A DNA stretch of 64,000 nucleotides from the IMG/VR virus record IMGVR_UViG_3300025133_000086, positions 5,334 to 69,333 of that record. The stretch is one strand, 5' to 3'. The notes under the pieces were generated by a model. The model saw nothing but the letters and a program-made list of their open reading frames with translations, was not told where the DNA came from and searched no databases. The position numbers and the translations under genes were made by a program. This document shows, one piece after another, positions 59,882 through 64,000 of the stretch (position 1 is its first letter; the number at the start of each line of letters is the position of its first letter). The stretch is from a virus.

Positions 59882-62023
59882 ATGAGCTATATAATTAACA
59901 ACACGTCACCATTCGTTAGTATTAAACTGACTGAAACTGGTAGAGAGAAATTAGCTTCAGGTAGTCTGAACTTTTCTTATTGGGCTATCGGAGACTCTGA
60001 GATAAACTATCTTAGAGAAGCTGATTTTGATAATACTAACACCCCGTATGATAATGTTACTGGACCAGCAAGGATTTTAAGACCTAAGGACAGACAACCT
60101 AATTTTAAATATTTTATCACAACGGATAACCAGACCAACCTTAACCCTATGCAGGGTGCTAACATTGAGGTGGTTCAGGCGGTGGTTAATAATTCAGCTG
60201 ACGCTAGAGGTTATTTTAATAACAGTGGTGGGACTTTTACAACACTAAGTAGCTCAACTTATATTGTAAGCTCAAACACGATAGACAACACAGCATTAAC
60301 TGGTGGTACAACATTTAATGCTACGGGCCTAACATTTAGTGTTGGTGATTTGATTTTAATGAAAGTTGGTAACTGCACCTTAACTGGTCAGACTAGTTTT
60401 TCAAATACATTACCGATGCCAAATATTTGGTTTACAATAACCGAAACTGGTGCAACGGCAAATGATATTGTTGTTGATAGAAATTTACCGAATTTAAGTG
60501 GTGACTGCGGCTCGACCCAATTAATTGTTTATCCAAGCGGTCAAGTTTGGGATATATATGGTAGTAATACCGCACCATATTGGGATAGTGGAACGTTAAG
60601 TTTTGATAGTTGTTGCGGTGTCTCATGTAGTGATGTTCCTGTTTGGAATATGAATAACGTTTGGTGTGAAGACCCAGCTGGTTTTAGTGCTGGGACACAA
60701 TTTAACGACTACGAACATTATTGGGATTTTGGTTCATATGATTATTTAGGTCAGAAATACCCATACTTGTGGTATGCTTGTGCAGAAGACCCAGCACTAA
60801 GCGACATTCTTTGCGAGGTACCAGGTCAATCAACAATTGATACCGTTAGTAAATCGATATCAATACTACACTACACTAATAATGTTGTGTCAAACGTTTA
60901 TGGTGAATTCTTCTTTATTGACACGGCAAATAATAAAACATTAACTCTGGACATGCCAGATATAATGTACCACAGAAGAAACTATTCAACAGGTGCTGGT
61001 ACGGTAATGGGTATGCAATTCATTGCTAGTGGTGCAACACAACTTGTACCAAATAGTCAGATAGAATATGTACCATTAATCGAAAGTCCAAGCTATGTAT
61101 CGGACACACCAAAACAAATTGGTAGGGTATTCCCACAACTTAAAACGGTTATAATTGACGATGATGAAATTGTTATGTCTATGTCGTATAAAGCGAATAG
61201 AAACTGGACACTACCACCATTGGCTGCTAATTTAGTAGCGGCTGACGCCACTACAACTGGTGGTACATTACCGTCAAATAGAACAATGTATCTCACTTAC
61301 ATTTTAGATAACGAATTGAGTGGTGCGACAACAACTGGTATAACAACACCGATAAATTGTCAATATTATACTAAGATGACAAATACAACACCAACAGCTA
61401 AAGATGTTCAGTTCAGAATATCTGAAGTTGATTTGTTACCTTACATGCGAAAGGTTGAAGACCCTTTCTATGATGGTTTAGGTTTCTATGCTAGAAACTT
61501 TAAAGTGTTATGGCAGATTGTTGAAGACCCAGAGGATAGACCATTGACAGACCAATGGAATGTATACGACTTCACGTCAACATCACTTACAACAAATATT
61601 GATGAAACTATTGACCCAGTAGCTCTGGAAAATCAGAATCCAATAGTAAATGGGTTCTTAATTGACCAGAACGTTTTAACTGGTAGCACACAGTTTAGTG
61701 TAATCAACACACTAAATTTACCACTGGATTCCCAACCAAATAATTTACAGTTCGGGGATGAGAGGTTCTTCTATGGTAATATCAACACCTACATAGGGGC
61801 TTCAATATACAAAACAGTATTTAATTTTTCGGTAGATTCAAACCAATTCAATTTCACCAGTAACCCAACAAGAACAACAGACATTGGCCAACCAGACATA
61901 AGAGTTAGTGAGGTCGGTGTTTATGATTCTAATAATGAATTAGTTGTTGTTGGTAAACTGAGCAGACCAGTTCTATTATCGAACTCGGATGTAATAACGT
62001 TAGAACTTTCAATAGACTTTTAA
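59882..62023 (+). CDS. Tail fibre-attachment / baseplate protein (DUF3751/GpH N-terminal-like motifs)
   Basis: IKLTETGREKLA..WAIGDSE at the N-terminus; IRVSEVGVYDSNNELVVVGKLSRP at the C-terminus. Confidence 0.6.
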   Translation: MSYIINNTSPFVSIKLTETGREKLASGSLNFSYWAIGDSEINYLREADFDNTNTPYDNVTGPARILRPKDRQPNFKYFITTDNQTNLNPMQGANIEVVQAVVNNSADARGYFNNSGGTFTTLSSSTYIVSSNTIDNTALTGGTTFNATGLTFSVGDLILMKVGNCTLTGQTSFSNTLPMPNIWFTITETGATANDIVVDRNLPNLSGDCGSTQLIVYPSGQVWDIYGSNTAPYWDSGTLSFDSCCGVSCSDVPVWNMNNVWCEDPAGFSAGTQFNDYEHYWDFGSYDYLGQKYPYLWYACAEDPALSDILCEVPGQSTIDTVSKSISILHYTNNVVSNVYGEFFFIDTANNKTLTLDMPDIMYHRRNYSTGAGTVMGMQFIASGATQLVPNSQIEYVPLIESPSYVSDTPKQIGRVFPQLKTVIIDDDEIVMSMSYKANRNWTLPPLAANLVAADATTTGGTLPSNRTMYLTYILDNELSGATTTGITTPINCQYYTKMTNTTPTAKDVQFRISEVDLLPYMRKVEDPFYDGLGFYARNFKVLWQIVEDPEDRPLTDQWNVYDFTSTSLTTNIDETIDPVALENQNPIVNGFLIDQNVLTGSTQFSVINTLNLPLDSQPNNLQFGDERFFYGNINTYIGASIYKTVFNFSVDSNQFNFTSNPTRTTDIGQPDIRVSEVGVYDSNNELVVVGKLSRPVLLSNSDVITLELSIDF

Positions 62024-63220
62024 ATGGGCTTCAATAATTCAACAACAGTATTAACTGCTAAACTAACACCTTTGGGTAGACAAAGGTTAATGACAAGCAC
62101 CAATAACCTGATTACCAAGTTCTCTTTGGGTGATTCAGACGCGAATTACAACGCAACACTGAATTTAACTACTGGTGAGATACCTGGTTATGGCGGTGAC
62201 TTAACGTCCCCAAGTGGACTGACAAATAATGGTATAGCGGCGAATACTGGAATAAAAAGTAGTCTATATCTATTGGGGTCTAACCAATATAAAAACGTTG
62301 AGGCTAATTCCTCAACAATATCACTATCAAGCGAGGGTATAGGTTCAACAACTGTTACAGGTACAAGCCTTTCACACAACGTTATTTACTTATCGGCTGG
62401 TACAACAGATAGATTAGTAAATCTTTATAATTCATTTAATCTACCAATAAGTAACTCAGAAAAAACAAGATTTACTGGTACAACTTTCAATAGAGGTGGT
62501 TGGGCAAATACAGCGTTAAGTGGTATTAGTGCAGACCGAATATTAGTTGTTGGTGTTCCAAACACACAATACGGTGACCTATTGGATGGTAAATCAGTTA
62601 AGTTAACACTCTCTGGTGTAACAGGTACGATATATTCATTGTATAGCACATTTCAACGTAAAACGACATCGGCAAGGGCTGACGACAATGCACATGTAGA
62701 AACATCACAACAGACGTCATATTTCAATCCGAATTATGCGTTTATGTTCTCAGACGAGATTAAAAAACCAAATGGTAATGCGGCAAAATCATGGGCTACT
62801 GGATACGGAACAACAAAACCATTCTCAGCCAATAATAAGGAGAGATATAATTTAACGACTAATTCATCGCTTGGTTATACTGCTGATACAGCTGTTGGTA
62901 TTTCATTCTTAGATAAAGGGTTTGTGGTTATAACTGACCCAACAATTGTTAATGATTTTGATTCATCAAACGCTAGTGCATCTACATGTACTTTTAACAG
63001 TATGGCAACGGTTGTTAACCAAGAAATCATATGTATTGCTGGAAAGGGTGAGTTCGGAAGTTCAAGTAACCGAACATTCACCAAAGGCGATGTACCTAGA
63101 GTTTCAGAGATTGGTTTATATGATTTATCAAATAATCTTATTGCCTACGGAAAAACAAATACTCATATAACAAAAACTGTTAATGAGTTAAAAGTGTTCT
63201 CTGTTAGAATATCCGTTTAA
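62024..63220 (+). CDS. Paralogous fibre-attachment / baseplate protein
   Basis: AKLTPLGRQRL..FSLGDSD; PRVSEIGLYDLSNNLIAYGK. Confidence 0.6.
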   Translation: MGFNNSTTVLTAKLTPLGRQRLMTSTNNLITKFSLGDSDANYNATLNLTTGEIPGYGGDLTSPSGLTNNGIAANTGIKSSLYLLGSNQYKNVEANSSTISLSSEGIGSTTVTGTSLSHNVIYLSAGTTDRLVNLYNSFNLPISNSEKTRFTGTTFNRGGWANTALSGISADRILVVGVPNTQYGDLLDGKSVKLTLSGVTGTIYSLYSTFQRKTTSARADDNAHVETSQQTSYFNPNYAFMFSDEIKKPNGNAAKSWATGYGTTKPFSANNKERYNLTTNSSLGYTADTAVGISFLDKGFVVITDPTIVNDFDSSNASASTCTFNSMATVVNQEIICIAGKGEFGSSSNRTFTKGDVPRVSEIGLYDLSNNLIAYGKTNTHITKTVNELKVFSVRISV

Positions 63221-63271
63221 TTGTTTACAATTAGCTACCTCCCACTATATTATTAAAAAATTATTTATATA

Positions 63272-63919
63272 ATGGAAGAAAGTAATTACGTACTTGGATT
63301 AGACATTTCAACAAAGACTATTGGTGTGGCCTTATTCGAGGATTTAGGTGACAAGGGTGAGTTAAAACTATTACACCACGTTGCGCCTAAAATTAAACCA
63401 CAACCAAAATTAAAACTACAAGAGCTTTGTGATAAAGCAAATGTTTTTGAGGATGAGTTCTTAAATAAGTATGCTGATATTGGTATTAGTCGTGTAATAA
63501 TTGAAGAACCACTACTACGCTCAAACAATGTTTATACTGTAGCGACACTATTAAGATTCAATGGTATGATATGTCGGTCAGTTTACGAAACGTTAGGTGT
63601 TGTACCAGAATTTATATCATCATATGACTCTAGAGCTTATGGGTTCCCAGAATTATTACAAAAGAGAAAGGCTAAAAAGAATGGTGAACTATTAACTGAA
63701 AGGGCGATAACCAAAAATAAACCAGTACTGTTTGGTGGTTATGCATACGATATAGATAAGAAAAACGTTATATGGGAAAAGACCGCAGAACTAGAACCAA
63801 AGGTTGCTTGGTTGTATGACAAAAAGGGGATGCTAAAAAAGGAAAACTTCGATATGGCTGACGCCTTTGCGAGTGTGAGGGGGTACATGAATAAAATTGG
63901 TAAATGGAGTTTATCATAA
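63272..63919 (+). CDS. ruvC: RuvC-like Holliday junction resolvase
   Basis: VLGLDISTKTIG, VIIEEP, DMADA acidic catalytic motifs. Confidence 0.8.
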   Translation: MEESNYVLGLDISTKTIGVALFEDLGDKGELKLLHHVAPKIKPQPKLKLQELCDKANVFEDEFLNKYADIGISRVIIEEPLLRSNNVYTVATLLRFNGMICRSVYETLGVVPEFISSYDSRAYGFPELLQKRKAKKNGELLTERAITKNKPVLFGGYAYDIDKKNVIWEKTAELEPKVAWLYDKKGMLKKENFDMADAFASVRGYMNKIGKWSLS

Positions 63920-64000
63920 ACCCCATTCCCACTTATAATTTAGATACTTTTCTTTTTTATTTTCACAACATTTATATATACCTTTAGTGGCCCATCTTTG

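Noticed and set aside
46-63528. Many short antisense or alternate-frame ORFs in the track (e.g. 46-393, 2921-3355, 9684-10061, 16797-17159, 42719-43096, 52418-52804)
   Set aside because: They lie within or across long, motif-bearing genes, show shadow-ORF composition and have no recognisable motifs.
1-64000. Stop-codon reassignment as in some large Bacteroidota phages
   Set aside because: Standard-code ORFs tile the window densely, and TAG and TGA end genes at expected positions (tube 14351, gp25 39111).
1-64000. tRNA or rRNA genes
   Set aside because: Intergenic gaps are short and AT-rich; no cloverleaf or T-loop signatures were seen.

Overview
This AT-rich window comes from a large T4-like (contractile-tailed, probably jumbo) bacteriophage and uses the standard genetic code. 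It begins inside a family-B DNA polymerase and continues through neck genes (gp13/gp14/gp15-like, interrupted by a glutaredoxin and a SNF2 helicase), tail sheath, tail tube, a gp26/gp51-like chaperone pair, tape measure, tube initiator, LysM/gp53 and a 2120-aa hub with two peptidoglycan hydrolase domains. A replication/recombination block follows (gp32-like SSB, RecA/UvsX, 5'-3' exonuclease, DnaB), then gp25, gp6, about 22 kb of large Cys-rich baseplate/fibre genes and a RuvC-like resolvase. Bacteroidota-type promoters (TTG-N19/20-TAnnTTTG), AT-rich leaders without Shine-Dalgarno sequences and SprB repeats point to a Bacteroidota host. The most notable observations are: (1) three in-frame 71-bp repeats linking a tail-terminator fusion to two different adhesin-like payload cassettes; (2) a probable +1/-2 programmed frameshift at a T7 run in the chaperone pair; (3) a TATTTA late-promoter motif, the reverse complement of the T4 late promoter, before about 16 genes; (4) an orphan TnpB/omega-RNA-like right end; (5) SprB and DUF1566 domains inserted in virion proteins; (6) an origin-like intergenic element; (7) apparent GATC avoidance. 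All product calls come from motif recognition by eye; no database searches were run.
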